From Peptococcaceae bacterium BICA1-8 (GTDB lineage Bacteria > Bacillota > Peptococcia > Peptococcales > BICA1-8), in the NCBI GenBank assembly GCA_000802045.1, contig JUEF01000034.1, positions 839-64,838 of the forward strand: a stretch of 64,000 nucleotides of DNA, given 5' to 3'. Numbering within the stretch: position 1 is the first letter of the stretch; each line of letters starts with the position of its first letter. The notes beneath the pieces were generated by a model. It was not told the origin of the DNA, did not search any database, and worked only from the letters and a program-made list of their open reading frames with translations. Positions 19,410 to 29,396 of the stretch are shown here, piece after piece. The translations under genes were made by a program, and so were the position numbers.

Positions 19410-20492
19410 CTAAGCTTTTTGCTTGAGTCGATAAACAAAGGCTAAAATTTCCGCAACAGTTTGAAACATGTCCTCCGGAACTTGTTCATTAATATCAACA
19501 TTATAAAATAAAACCTGAGCTAAAGGCTTATTTTCTACAGTAACTACACCGTTTTTATGTGCTAACTCCTTTATTCTTAGAGCTACTAAATCCTGCCCCT
19601 TTGCTACTACCATTGGAGCATCCATAGTTTGGGTCTCATATTTTAAGGCCACCGCGAAATGAGTGGGATTAGTAATAATTACATCAGCATAGGGAACCTC
19701 TTGCATCATTCTGCTCATAGCCATCTGCCGCTGTTTTTCTTTTATTTTGGCCTTTACTTGAGGGTCTCCTTCAATATTTTTATACTCGTCTTTTATTTCT
19801 TGTTTTGACATTTTTAAATTTGTTTCATATTCATATTTTTGATATAGATAATCTAATATGGCTAAAAAAGTTAAGAGTAAAATCACTTTCCAAAGAATCG
19901 TAAAAAGAATTTGACCTAAAAACTTAATTATAGCGATAATTTCCATATCCATTAAATATGGGAAAGAATCAACATGATTTTTAATACTTGAATATGTAAT
20001 ATAAGAAATAAGTCCAATTTTACCAATAGACTTAAATAACTCAGCTAACGCTTTTTTAGAAAATATCCTTTTAAAGCCTTCTAATGGATTTATTCGCGAA
20101 AGTTTAATCTGTAAAGGTTCCGTTGTAAATAAAAAACCTACCTGAACTAAATTTGCAATAATTCCCACAAGCATAACTAATACTAACAGAGGCAAAATAA
20201 GCTTAAAAAACAAAACAACCAGGCTGTTCAATAATGGAGCCACCGTTTCAATATTAATACTTCCAATAACCATTTGAGACCAAAGATTATAAATATATAC
20301 TTGTACTTCTTCTAGCATAGTAGGAAGAATTAACCTTAAAAGTAGAAATGCAGCAAAAAGTATAATTGCCGAGTTGATTTCAGTACTTTTAAGTACTTGA
20401 CCTTTTTTTCTAGCTTCTTGCCTTTTTTTGGGAGTAGCCTTTTCTGTTTTTTCCCCAGCAAACAATTGTAAGTTTAGATAATACTTCTTCAT
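19410..20492 (-). CDS. flhB: flagellar export apparatus switch protein FlhB
   Basis: 360 aa. The NPTH autocleavage motif is present (ITNPTHFAVAL). Confidence 0.94.
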   Translation of the reverse strand: MKKYYLNLQLFAGEKTEKATPKKRQEARKKGQVLKSTEINSAIILFAAFLLLRLILPTMLEEVQVYIYNLWSQMVIGSINIETVAPLLNSLVVLFFKLILPLLVLVMLVGIIANLVQVGFLFTTEPLQIKLSRINPLEGFKRIFSKKALAELFKSIGKIGLISYITYSSIKNHVDSFPYLMDMEIIAIIKFLGQILFTILWKVILLLTFLAILDYLYQKYEYETNLKMSKQEIKDEYKNIEGDPQVKAKIKEKQRQMAMSRMMQEVPYADVIITNPTHFAVALKYETQTMDAPMVVAKGQDLVALRIKELAHKNGVVTVENKPLAQVLFYNVDINEQVPEDMFQTVAEILAFVYRLKQKA

Positions 20493-21265
20493 ATCAGCAC
20501 CTTGATAATTTGAAAGATATCTTTAAAAGACCTTTCAAATAAGCTTGTTAAAAGATAAACATATAAAGGTATCATAAGAAATAAGAGAAAAAATCCTGAT
20601 AAAATCTTTGCTGGCATTCCAACTAAAAATACATTCATTTGTGGAACAGTCCTAGCAATGATGCCCATAACAAAATCTGTTATAAATAAAGCACCAACTA
20701 ATGGGGCGGATAGTTTTAAAGCTATCAAAAATAAATCAGCGGTAAAGTCAATTAGTAAATTAATTAAGGAAGAGTTCATATAAAAGCCTGCAATAGGCAC
20801 TAACTGATAAGAATAAAATAATGCCTCAAGAAGAAAATGATGACCATTAATTAGAAAGAAAACTAAAACTGCTAAGAGGTTATTAAATGTACCCATCAAA
20901 GGTACCTGAAGACCACTCTGAGGGTCCATTATGTTTACGATACCAAAACCCATCTGCATATCTATGCTTTGCCCGGCTAACTGAATTGCCGAAAATAATA
21001 ATTGGGCAGTAAATCCAATAACTATCCCAATGAGAAATTCACTTATCAGTAAGAAGATATATCCAATATTAATCTCGGGAATGCTTGTTTTAGTATAAAT
21101 CATAAAAAATACCAACAAACTTAAAATTAAAGCCAAAGCGATTTTCAGCTGAACAGGTATGTTTCGACTATTAAAAACCGGAGCAGAAATAAAAAATCCA
21201 GTAATACGTAAAATAATTGCTAACAATAAAGGGTAAAATTCAAATATTATGAGTATATTCTCCAT
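20489..21265 (-). CDS. fliR: flagellar export apparatus protein FliR
   Basis: 258 aa polytopic membrane protein in the fliPQR-flhB order; 4-nt overlap with flhB. Confidence 0.9.
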   Translation of the reverse strand: MENILIIFEFYPLLLAIILRITGFFISAPVFNSRNIPVQLKIALALILSLLVFFMIYTKTSIPEINIGYIFLLISEFLIGIVIGFTAQLLFSAIQLAGQSIDMQMGFGIVNIMDPQSGLQVPLMGTFNNLLAVLVFFLINGHHFLLEALFYSYQLVPIAGFYMNSSLINLLIDFTADLFLIALKLSAPLVGALFITDFVMGIIARTVPQMNVFLVGMPAKILSGFFLLFLMIPLYVYLLTSLFERSFKDIFQIIKVLI

Positions 21266-21269
21266 TTTT

Positions 21270-21539
21270 CTACGATCCCAGCTTTGGAATTACTTCAAAA
21301 AGGTTAATGGTAAAGTCAATTAATACATTTAACATCCAAGGTCCAGTTACTACAACTAAAGCTAGAATCACAATAAGTTTAGGCACAAAGGTAAGGGTCT
21401 GCTCCTGAATTTGGGTTGTAGCTTGAAAAATACTGACGGTCAGACCAATTAAGATGCTTCCAGTTAATAAAGGACCAGCAATCAATAATACTGTATATAC
21501 GGCTTCTTTTGCTATGTAAATAATATAATCCTGTGTCAT
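21270..21539 (-). CDS. fliQ: flagellar export apparatus protein FliQ
   Basis: 89 aa two-TM protein (LLTGSILIGLTVSIFQATTQIQEQTLTFVPK). Confidence 0.92.
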   Translation of the reverse strand: MTQDYIIYIAKEAVYTVLLIAGPLLTGSILIGLTVSIFQATTQIQEQTLTFVPKLIVILALVVVTGPWMLNVLIDFTINLFEVIPKLGS

Positions 21540-21553
21540 TTATGTATCCCCCC

Positions 21554-22303
21554 TTAGCCAAAACTCAGCATCAAGGATTTCACTATGAGATGCCAGCCAT
21601 CAACTAGGACAAAAAGTAAAAGTTTAAATGGTAAAGAAATCATCATGGGTGGGACCATTAACATCCCCATCGACATCAAAGTGCTAGCAACAACCATATC
21701 TATTACTATAAAAGGAATAAATATCAAAAAACCAATTTGAAATGCAGTTTTTAATTCACTTATTGCAAAAGAAGGTATTAACACATACGTAGGTATGTCC
21801 CCTTTAACTTCTGGTCTGTCAATACCGGCTAAATCTATAAACAAAGCTAAATCTGTTTTTCTTGTATGTTCAAACATAAAATCTCGTATGGGCATCAAGG
21901 CATTATCAAAAGCTTGTCCTTGATCGATATTTCCCTCCAAATACGGCTGTAGGGCATTTTGGTTAACGTCAGTCCAAACAGGTGCCATAATAAAAAATGT
22001 TAGAAAAAGGGCTAAACCAACTAATACTTGGTTAGGGGGCATCTGTTGGGTTGCCAAAGCATGTCTAACAAAAGATAAGACCACAATAATACGTGTAAAG
22101 GATGTCATTAATATTAAAATAGCCGGAGCCAAACTTAAAATTGTCAGTATCCCAAGAAGCTGTAAGGTTAGGGCGGTATCTTGAGGAGATTGGGCTTCTC
22201 TAATACCCAATTCTAAACTTGGAAAAGGTAAGGGCTCAGCAAAGGCACTACCAGTAAAGGAAAAAAGTAAAATAATTAAAAGGAAAATCCACTTATTCTT
22301 CAT
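21554..22303 (-). CDS. fliP: flagellar export apparatus protein FliP
   Basis: 249 aa with a signal peptide and FliP motifs (LTSFTRIIVVLSFVR, QIGFLIFIPFIVIDMVVAS). Confidence 0.94.
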   Translation of the reverse strand: MKNKWIFLLIILLFSFTGSAFAEPLPFPSLELGIREAQSPQDTALTLQLLGILTILSLAPAILILMTSFTRIIVVLSFVRHALATQQMPPNQVLVGLALFLTFFIMAPVWTDVNQNALQPYLEGNIDQGQAFDNALMPIRDFMFEHTRKTDLALFIDLAGIDRPEVKGDIPTYVLIPSFAISELKTAFQIGFLIFIPFIVIDMVVASTLMSMGMLMVPPMMISLPFKLLLFVLVDGWHLIVKSLMLSFG

Positions 22304-22863
22304 AAGTTTTTATCTCCTTTTTTATTATTAAAATAAATTTCTTGAGTGTGCTTAATATGATGTTCTAATGATTGCTGAAAATTATTCTTTTTTTTAGGCT
22401 TAAAAAAATTAAACCTTAGTTTTTGGGAATGGTCATTTTTTATAGATGTTCCCCTCAATTCATCTAATCTTACCTGATCATCAATAGTTGTAAGAACATT
22501 AATTTGTTGTTCGGTAATTCCCAAAACATATCCTTTGTTTTCTATTTCCACTAAATAAATACCTCGGTTAGTACCTAAAGGCATATGATCAAGTATTTGG
22601 ACCCAACCACCAAATTCTGTTTGGGGACTTGTCCCCCGTGCAAAAAGTTTAACACCAAAATAGGTTAAAATAAGCACTCCTAAAACAGAAAAAATGTATC
22701 TAAAAAGCAAGCTTCCAATTTTTATAGATTGGTTTAGTTCTGTATCCTCTTGACTAATATCTAAATCAAGTTTATCTTGATTAGATGCTGTAAAACCAGT
22801 AGTTATTGTTATACAAAACAATATTATTAGTACAATAATTGATAACAGCTTATATTTATTCAT
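22300..22863 (-). CDS. fliO: FliO/FliZ-type flagellar biosynthesis protein
   Basis: 187 aa with TM segments. The position between cheY and fliP matches Bacillus fliZ/fliO. Sequence conservation in this family is weak. Confidence 0.65.
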   Translation of the reverse strand: MNKYKLLSIIVLIILFCITITTGFTASNQDKLDLDISQEDTELNQSIKIGSLLFRYIFSVLGVLILTYFGVKLFARGTSPQTEFGGWVQILDHMPLGTNRGIYLVEIENKGYVLGITEQQINVLTTIDDQVRLDELRGTSIKNDHSQKLRFNFFKPKKKNNFQQSLEHHIKHTQEIYFNNKKGDKNL

Positions 22864-23222
22864 GATAATGCTTTTCTCACTGCCTCCAATACTCGGTCAG
22901 GCTGGAAAGGTTTAACTATAAAGTCTTTAGCTCCGGCTTGAATAGCATCAATTACCATTGCCTGTTGACCCATGGCACTGCACATAACAATTCTAGAATT
23001 AGCATCAATTTCTTTTATCGCCTTTACAGCTTGAATACCGTCCATTTCCGGCATCGTTATATCCATGGTAACCAGATCTGGGTTAAGTTCTTTAAATTTC
23101 TCTATTGCTACTTTACCGTTTTCAGCTTCGCCTACAACATCAAACCCATTTTTAGATAAAATATCCTTTATCATCATCCTCATAAATGCTGCATCATCAA
23201 CAATTAATACCTTATGTCCCAT
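22860..23222 (-). CDS. cheY: chemotaxis response regulator CheY
   Basis: 120 aa single receiver domain (VLIVDDAAFMR, DITMPEMDG, conserved K in FIVKPF). Confidence 0.93.
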   Translation of the reverse strand: MGHKVLIVDDAAFMRMMIKDILSKNGFDVVGEAENGKVAIEKFKELNPDLVTMDITMPEMDGIQAVKAIKEIDANSRIVMCSAMGQQAMVIDAIQAGAKDFIVKPFQPDRVLEAVRKALS

Positions 23223-23236
23223 TAACTAACTCCTCC

Positions 23237-24334
23237 TTATTGAAGATTTTTAACCCGTTCGAGTGGACTGATAATATCTGTAATCCTTACTCCAAAATTT
23301 TCATCAATTACAACTACTTCACCCTTTGCAAATAGTTTACCATTTATTAACATATCTACTGGTTCTCCTGCTAGTTTATTAAGTTCAATTATAGAACCCG
23401 TTGAAAAATCCAATATTTCTTTTATAGTTTTATTAGTCCTACCTAATTCCACCGAGACCTGCAGTGGAACATCCAGTATTAAATCAAGATTTTGGGGTGG
23501 AGATTGGTTTATCTGTGGATTTAGTTGACTAAATTTGGCTGTCTGAACCGTTATAGAATTCTGCTCAATGGGTTTTTCAATTTTAGACTGCACTTGTTCA
23601 TGGTTAGTAACTTTAGGGTACTCCTCTGCTGGAGGTTCAACATAGTTATCGTTACTATTTTTTGCATTATAGTTATCAAATAGTTCATTAAGCATTGATT
23701 TAGCAAAACTAAAGGGTATTAACTGCATTATTTCACTATCTATCAAGCCTTGTATGACCATTTTAAAAGCTATTTTCACAATGGGTTCTGCACCTTCGTC
23801 AACTAATCCAATGTCCTGCTTTTGCAAATTAACTAAATCGAGTAACGGCGGAGAAATATCAATGCGCTTATCAAGAATAGTGGCCATAGATGTGGAAGCT
23901 GAACCCATCATTTGGTTCATAGCTTCACTGATAGCACTCATATGCAGTTCACTAAGCTCCTCTGGTGGATTTTGTCCTGTTCCACCCATCATCAAATCAG
24001 AAATAACTGCAGCATCATTAATATTAACAATCAGAATGTTGTGCCCCTTTAAACCCGCAGTATATTTTACATTAATTGCCACATAAGGTTTGGGGTAATC
24101 CTCCTTAAGCTTAGCTTTGGAAGTTAATTCAATTTTAGGTGTTGTTATTTCTACTTTTTTACCCAGTAAAGAAGATAAAGTAGTCGCCGCAGTACCCATA
24201 GAGATGTTGGCTACCTCTCCTAGTGCATCTTTTTCCATTTCATTTATTAGATCATTATTATCTTCATGGGGAAAATCGTTACCTCTTAAAAGAGCATCAA
24301 TTTCAGCTTGAGATAATATACCTTCACTCATCAT
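23237..24334 (-). CDS. fliY: flagellar switch protein FliY (CheC-like domain fused to FliN)
   Basis: 365 aa with the N-terminal LSQAEIDALL peptide, a CheC-like domain (GEVANISMGTAATTLS; ISEAMNQMMGSASTS) and a C-terminal SpoA/FliN domain (LQVSVELGRT...INGKLFAKGEVVV). Confidence 0.9.
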   Translation of the reverse strand: MMSEGILSQAEIDALLRGNDFPHEDNNDLINEMEKDALGEVANISMGTAATTLSSLLGKKVEITTPKIELTSKAKLKEDYPKPYVAINVKYTAGLKGHNILIVNINDAAVISDLMMGGTGQNPPEELSELHMSAISEAMNQMMGSASTSMATILDKRIDISPPLLDLVNLQKQDIGLVDEGAEPIVKIAFKMVIQGLIDSEIMQLIPFSFAKSMLNELFDNYNAKNSNDNYVEPPAEEYPKVTNHEQVQSKIEKPIEQNSITVQTAKFSQLNPQINQSPPQNLDLILDVPLQVSVELGRTNKTIKEILDFSTGSIIELNKLAGEPVDMLINGKLFAKGEVVVIDENFGVRITDIISPLERVKNLQ

Positions 24335-25322
24335 CCTCTCCCTCCCCTTCTATAGCACTAATTATCTGTATCGCCAAATGACTGCCGCTTAGCCCTACTT
24401 GACCTTTGAATTTAGCTTTAGCACCGACAACAACGTCAATCTCACCATTTACACAATTATCTAAGGATATAACATCACCCTTTTGTAAATCTAAAAGTTC
24501 CTTCAAGGTAATAGTTGTTTGTCCTAGTAAAGCTGTTACTGGGACCTTAGCTTTTTTTACTTTACTTTTAAGATAATGTAAATATTCCGTAGTTTGTTCT
24601 TTAGCGGAAGTACCATACCAAAATCTTGCATTCAAGTTATTTGAAATTGGCTCAAGCATAATACATGGCAAACAAATATTTACAAAACCTTCCGTATCAC
24701 CCAACTGCATATCTAAGGTAATCAAAACCACCATTTCTGAAGGTGAAACAATTTGCGTAAAGCTAGGATTAGTTTCTAAATTTTCAAACTGTGGTGTTAG
24801 TTCTATTACGTTAGCCCAAGCATCCTTAAAATAATCCAAAAGCTTGGTAATTGTTTTGGTTATAATTATCTGTTCAATTTCTGTTAAGGGTCTTCCCTTG
24901 ATATTGGATGTACCAGGTCCACCGAATAACCGATCAATTATGTAAAAAACAAGGTGTGGATTTATTTCAAAAATTCCTTTACCTTCAAAGGGTAGCAGAC
25001 CAAAAATATTTAGAATTGTAGGATTAGGAATGGAACGAATAAATTCTTCATAGCTTAATTGTTCTACTGATGCAACTTTTATCTGAACCCTAGTTCTTAA
25101 TTGTCCTGAAAGATATGTAGTAATAAGGCGACAATAATTTTCACTAATTACTTCTATAGTATTTAATTGTTCTTTAGAAAACTTATTGGGGCGACGGAAG
25201 TCATAAATTCTTATCTTTTTTTCGTTCTCTTTTAGCTTTATCGTTTCTGCATCAATTTCACCTGTTTGTAAAGCATTTAGTAGTGCATCAATTTCTGATT
25301 GGGATAATATTTCAGCCACCAA
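24324..25322 (-). CDS. fliM: flagellar switch protein FliM
   Basis: 332 aa with the N-terminal CheY-P binding peptide LSQSEIDALL and the FliM middle and C-terminal domains. Confidence 0.93.
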   Translation of the reverse strand: MVAEILSQSEIDALLNALQTGEIDAETIKLKENEKKIRIYDFRRPNKFSKEQLNTIEVISENYCRLITTYLSGQLRTRVQIKVASVEQLSYEEFIRSIPNPTILNIFGLLPFEGKGIFEINPHLVFYIIDRLFGGPGTSNIKGRPLTEIEQIIITKTITKLLDYFKDAWANVIELTPQFENLETNPSFTQIVSPSEMVVLITLDMQLGDTEGFVNICLPCIMLEPISNNLNARFWYGTSAKEQTTEYLHYLKSKVKKAKVPVTALLGQTTITLKELLDLQKGDVISLDNCVNGEIDVVVGAKAKFKGQVGLSGSHLAIQIISAIEGEGEDDE

Positions 25323-25336
25323 TTCACCCCCAAATA

Positions 25337-25810
25337 TTACTGATAAACAAATTTATTAAAAAAAATGTTTTTTACCTTTCCTTCAGTCAAAATAATATTA
25401 ATATTATCCATCAATTGTTTTTTGACCTCTTCTTTACCCTCAAGGGAATCAAGATCTTCCACAGTTTGGTCACTTAAAACAATTATAACTTTATCTTTAA
25501 AAACAGGGAGTTTATTGTTTAATTCTTTCAAGACCTTTTTATTCTCAACTTCTAATGAAAACTGAGTCATTAAAAATCTCCGTCCGCCAGAGTTGGCAAT
25601 ATTTACTGTAAATTCAGGCGAATTATATAAAGGTCCAATTTCCATTACTTGATCAGCACTGGCATCTGGTGCATTGAATAACGCTTTTCCAACCACAAAA
25701 GTAATAGCAAAGGAAAGTACTAATATAATAACAGCACTAATAATATATTTAACACTAAATTTTTTCTTAGGAATGGTATCAATACCATTTGTTTCTTCAC
25801 TGTTATCCAT
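25337..25810 (-). CDS. fliL: flagellar basal-body-associated protein FliL
   Basis: 157 aa with a single N-terminal TM segment. The FliL-type C-terminal domain includes FTVNIANSGGRRFLMTQFSLEV. Confidence 0.82.
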   Translation of the reverse strand: MDNSEETNGIDTIPKKKFSVKYIISAVIILVLSFAITFVVGKALFNAPDASADQVMEIGPLYNSPEFTVNIANSGGRRFLMTQFSLEVENKKVLKELNNKLPVFKDKVIIVLSDQTVEDLDSLEGKEEVKKQLMDNINIILTEGKVKNIFFNKFVYQ

Positions 25811-26595
25811 TAATATTCCTCTCCTTTACCATTGGGTTCCTGTAATGCCAAGCTATCACGCAAAATCACAATATCAACCCGACGGTTTCTCTTTCTTGTT
25901 TCTTCATCCCGATTAGGTACAATAGGATGATATTCTCCATAACCCACTGCTGATATCTTCTTTGGTTCTAAGCCATGTTCTAATAAGTACCTTAATACAT
26001 TAGTTGAACGAGTAGTGGATAATTCCCAGTTTGAAGGAAATTGTACAGTATTAATCTGCAGATCATCAGTATGTCCTTCAATACGAATGTGATTTTCTAA
26101 CGGCAATAATAATTGACCTATTTTATTCAAAACCTCTTTTGCATCAGGTTTTAAATGCGCTTTACCTTTATCAAAGAGAACACTGTCTTCAAAGCGTAGA
26201 ATAACCCCCCGCTGATCGGTATCGACAATTATTCTCTGATCAATCTCAATTAATATTTCACTTAAAAGTGATTTTAGGTTTTCCATTTCTATTTTTTCCT
26301 GTTGTAGTCTCTCTAAATCCTGAAGTACTTCTTCGGTTATCCTTTTGTCCATAGTACTATCTTCAGGCTTCCCTTGTCCAACTAATTCTTTATCATTTAA
26401 GGTTGTACCACCATCCATAACCCCTAGAGAGCCTTTGACAGAAGAAACTACCTGTTGCCATTTTAAAGCATCTAATGACGAATATGAGTATAAAAGTATG
26501 AAAAATGTCAAAACTAGAGTAATCATATCCCCATAAGTTACCATCCACAAGGGAGCACCCATAGGATGTTCTTCTTTTTTTCTCTTTCTGGACAT
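25810..26595 (-). CDS. motB: flagellar stator protein MotB
   Basis: 261 aa with an N-terminal TM segment containing the conserved Asp (TYGDMITLVLTFF) and an OmpA-like C-terminus (IEGHTDD...NWELSTTRS...NRRVDIVI). Confidence 0.9.
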   Translation of the reverse strand: MSRKRKKEEHPMGAPLWMVTYGDMITLVLTFFILLYSYSSLDALKWQQVVSSVKGSLGVMDGGTTLNDKELVGQGKPEDSTMDKRITEEVLQDLERLQQEKIEMENLKSLLSEILIEIDQRIIVDTDQRGVILRFEDSVLFDKGKAHLKPDAKEVLNKIGQLLLPLENHIRIEGHTDDLQINTVQFPSNWELSTTRSTNVLRYLLEHGLEPKKISAVGYGEYHPIVPNRDEETRKRNRRVDIVILRDSLALQEPNGKGEEY

Positions 26596-27377
26596 TAGTC
26601 TTCACCATCATCTTTTTTATCAAGTTTCTTTCTGGCTATTGGGTCTAAGAAAGATTTCATTTTTTCTGCAACAATTCTGGGATTTTCACCAGCTTGTATA
26701 GAAAGAATGCCTTCTAGCATCAATTCTTTATTTAAAATTTCCTCACTACTTCGGATTTTCAATTTTCCTGCAATGGGTAGAAAAATTAAATTGGCAAAAA
26801 GAGAGCCATAAAAAGTAGTTATTAAGGCTATAGCCATACCAGGCCCGATTGTTGATGGATCCTCTAAATTACGAAGCATCAAGATAAGACCAATAAGGGT
26901 CCCTATCATGCCAAAGGCTGGTGCACTTGATCCCATATTTTCAAAAATTAGGGCTCCTTGTTTATGTCTTTCCTCAACAAAAATCAATTCAGTTTCTAAA
27001 ATACTTCTAACCAATTCAGGATCTGTTCCATCGACAATTAACTGTATTCCTTTTTTCAAGAAGGATTCATCAATTACTTCAGCTTCAGCTTCTAGCGCTA
27101 AGAGACCTTCTCTTCGAGCCTTTTCTGCAAAAGCTACTAAAGCACCAATGATTTCCGCTGGTTCAGTAGTATGGTTTCTAAATGCAATACGAATAATCTT
27201 TATAGTTCCTACAACCTGAGCTAATGGAAAGTTGATTAAAGTAGAGGCTAAGGTGCCACCAAGAACAATCATTAAAGATGATACACTCCAGAATGCACTT
27301 AAGCTACCTTCGATTAAAATAGAACCTAATAATAGAACAATCCCAAAAACAATTCCTACTATTGTTGCAATATCCAC
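26595..27377 (-). CDS. motA: flagellar stator protein MotA
   Basis: 260 aa, four TM segments, MotA/ExbB-type C-terminal half (PAFGMIGTLIGLI...ALITTFYGSLFANLIFLPIAGKL). Confidence 0.92.
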   Translation of the reverse strand: MDIATIVGIVFGIVLLLGSILIEGSLSAFWSVSSLMIVLGGTLASTLINFPLAQVVGTIKIIRIAFRNHTTEPAEIIGALVAFAEKARREGLLALEAEAEVIDESFLKKGIQLIVDGTDPELVRSILETELIFVEERHKQGALIFENMGSSAPAFGMIGTLIGLILMLRNLEDPSTIGPGMAIALITTFYGSLFANLIFLPIAGKLKIRSSEEILNKELMLEGILSIQAGENPRIVAEKMKSFLDPIARKKLDKKDDGED

Positions 27378-27404
27378 AGCCTCACTCCATTCCCCAGCAA
27401 ATCC

Positions 27405-27599
27405 TTACTTAAGTTGCTGAAAATTAATTTCCTTACGAAATTTTTTAATTCTCTCTACAATTTCATCTGGGGTTTCCATGACAACAATCTTTTTACTGGA
27501 TGTTAAAGTAATAACTGTATCAGGATTATCCTCAATAAATTCTATTAAGTCGCTGTTTAGATAAAATTCTTTTCCTTGAAAACGGGTAACTTTGATCAT
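27405..27599 (-). CDS. flbD: flagellar protein FlbD
   Basis: 64 aa (MIKVTRFQGKEFYLNSDLIEFIE...). The position directly upstream of motAB is typical of Clostridia and spirochetes. Confidence 0.82.
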   Translation of the reverse strand: MIKVTRFQGKEFYLNSDLIEFIEDNPDTVITLTSSKKIVVMETPDEIVERIKKFRKEINFQQLK

Positions 27600-27691
27600 A
27601 AAGTTCCTCCAATTCAGAAAACCGCTTCAATGTTTTGTATATATAATAAAAACTGCTAAAGCTACTGCACTATGTAAAATTCTATAGATTT

Positions 27692-27724
27692 AGGATAGGG
27701 AAATAATATCTATCCCCCTATCCT
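27692..27724 (-). terminator. intra-operon stem-loop 8 nt after the flgE stop (attenuator or mRNA-stabilising hairpin)
   Basis: Perfect 9-bp stem AGGATAGGG / CCCTATCCT with a 15-nt loop and no clear U-tract. Confidence 0.45.
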
Positions 27725-27731
27725 AATTATA

Positions 27732-29315
27732 TTATCTCTTGAGATTAACCAATTCTTGCAGCATTTCATCTGAAGTGGTTATGATCCGAGAATTAGCCTG
27801 AAAACCCCTCTGGGTGATGATCATATCTACAAATTCTTGGGATAAATCAACATTAGACATTTCTAAAGTCTCTGGCTTTATCACACCACGGCCGGCAGTA
27901 CCAGGAGTACCCGGCTGAGGATCACCGGAGTTTTTAGAATCTTTAAAAAGAGTATTGCCGACTTTACTTAAACCGCCTGGATTTGAAAAAGTAGCAATTG
28001 CCACTTGAGCTAAAGCTAGATTTTGACCATTGGAAAACGTCCCGACAATAGTACCTGTTGTATCTACACTTATACCTTGTAGACTGCCAGGTTCAAAACC
28101 ATTTTGTCCTAAAGCTAAGGCAGTAGTATCTTGAGCTAATTGAGTAAGCTGGGATAAATCAATGTCTATGTTGACATTTCTGCCTCCAGTAAATGTTCTT
28201 TGAACGCTATTAATCATTTTTCCATCAACAATATTACCGGCTCCATCGAATTTAATGGTATGTCCAGTAGCAACCTTTTTATATCCATTTATTATATTAC
28301 CACCTAATTCTTCTTGACCTTTAATAAAAACATCGGCAGTCCATGTGAATGGATTTTCCGAAGTTTTTCTTAACTGTACCACCAATTCATGGGGGTCACC
28401 ATTTTGGTCATAAACGGTGATTGGTGTAATGTGGGTAGGAACCTTTACATCGACTGTTGTATCAAGTGTAATACTACCGGCAAGCGCATTCAAATTATGA
28501 CCGGTGGGAGATGTTGTTGATATATCAAATATCTCCAACTTCCCTGTAACCCTGTTGAATCTATAAGCATCACCGGACTGATAATTTTCATCATTATGAG
28601 TAATTGTGACAGTATTAGGGGTTGCAGCATCATCAGTTAAAGTAAAACTGTCCTGAAAAATTGGCCCTAATTCAATAGTATAAGGTGCAGCATTTGGGTT
28701 AGTAGTCAAATTTGGCATATCAGCTGCTTGCCAACTTGGAAAAGTAGTAAGCACTGGATTTAAAGCACTTCTAGTATCCAAATTCTTACCAATTTTCACA
28801 TCTGTAGTGGCACCGGCCACTGAGTTATCAGTCCAGGCACTCAAATCGACAACTACCTCATTGCCTGGGGAGACATTAATACCATTTTGCCCTAGTTGCC
28901 GCACATAACCCATTACCTTCAGACCATTAGGTGTAACTAAAGTATTTGACTCATCAAAATCGAAGTTTCCGGCTCTAGTATAAAATTTATTAGAACCTTC
29001 ACCAACCATAAAGTAACCTTCACCTTCAATAGCCATGTCCATAGTTTTCCCGGTAGATTGAGGTGATCCTGGTGCATGAATAACATCAATGCTCCCTAAA
29101 TTAACCCCTAGTCCAATTTGCGTGGGGTTAGTTCCTCCTCTATCACCTTGAGGTGAGGATGCACCACGTACAGTCTGATTTAACATTTCCTGAAAGGTTA
29201 CACGACTCTTTTTATAACCAGGTGTGTTGACATTTGATATATTATTACCAATTACATCCATCCTCGTTTGATGGACCTTTAATCCGGATACCCCGGCAAA
29301 TAATGAACGCATCAT
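27732..29315 (-). CDS. flgE: flagellar hook protein FlgE
   Basis: N-terminus MMRSLFAGVSGLKVHQTRMDVIGNNISNVNTPGYK; C-terminus FQANSRIITTSDEMLQELVNLKR. I chose the ATG at 29315, 10 nt after AGGAGG. The track start (TTG at 29384) is over-extended. Confidence 0.92.
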   Translation of the reverse strand: MMRSLFAGVSGLKVHQTRMDVIGNNISNVNTPGYKKSRVTFQEMLNQTVRGASSPQGDRGGTNPTQIGLGVNLGSIDVIHAPGSPQSTGKTMDMAIEGEGYFMVGEGSNKFYTRAGNFDFDESNTLVTPNGLKVMGYVRQLGQNGINVSPGNEVVVDLSAWTDNSVAGATTDVKIGKNLDTRSALNPVLTTFPSWQAADMPNLTTNPNAAPYTIELGPIFQDSFTLTDDAATPNTVTITHNDENYQSGDAYRFNRVTGKLEIFDISTTSPTGHNLNALAGSITLDTTVDVKVPTHITPITVYDQNGDPHELVVQLRKTSENPFTWTADVFIKGQEELGGNIINGYKKVATGHTIKFDGAGNIVDGKMINSVQRTFTGGRNVNIDIDLSQLTQLAQDTTALALGQNGFEPGSLQGISVDTTGTIVGTFSNGQNLALAQVAIATFSNPGGLSKVGNTLFKDSKNSGDPQPGTPGTAGRGVIKPETLEMSNVDLSQEFVDMIITQRGFQANSRIITTSDEMLQELVNLKR

Positions 29316-29396
29316 AATTAATTGACCTCCTAAGTTATATATTGGTTGCCCGCATCTATCAGTCAGCGGAATGGGCTTCCTCAAAGAGGTCCAGCC

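Noticed and set aside
21379-21561. 60-aa minus-strand ORF overlapping fliQ, and similarly 26393-26623 overlapping motB and motA
   Set aside because: These are alternative frames of strongly supported genes, with no independent signals.
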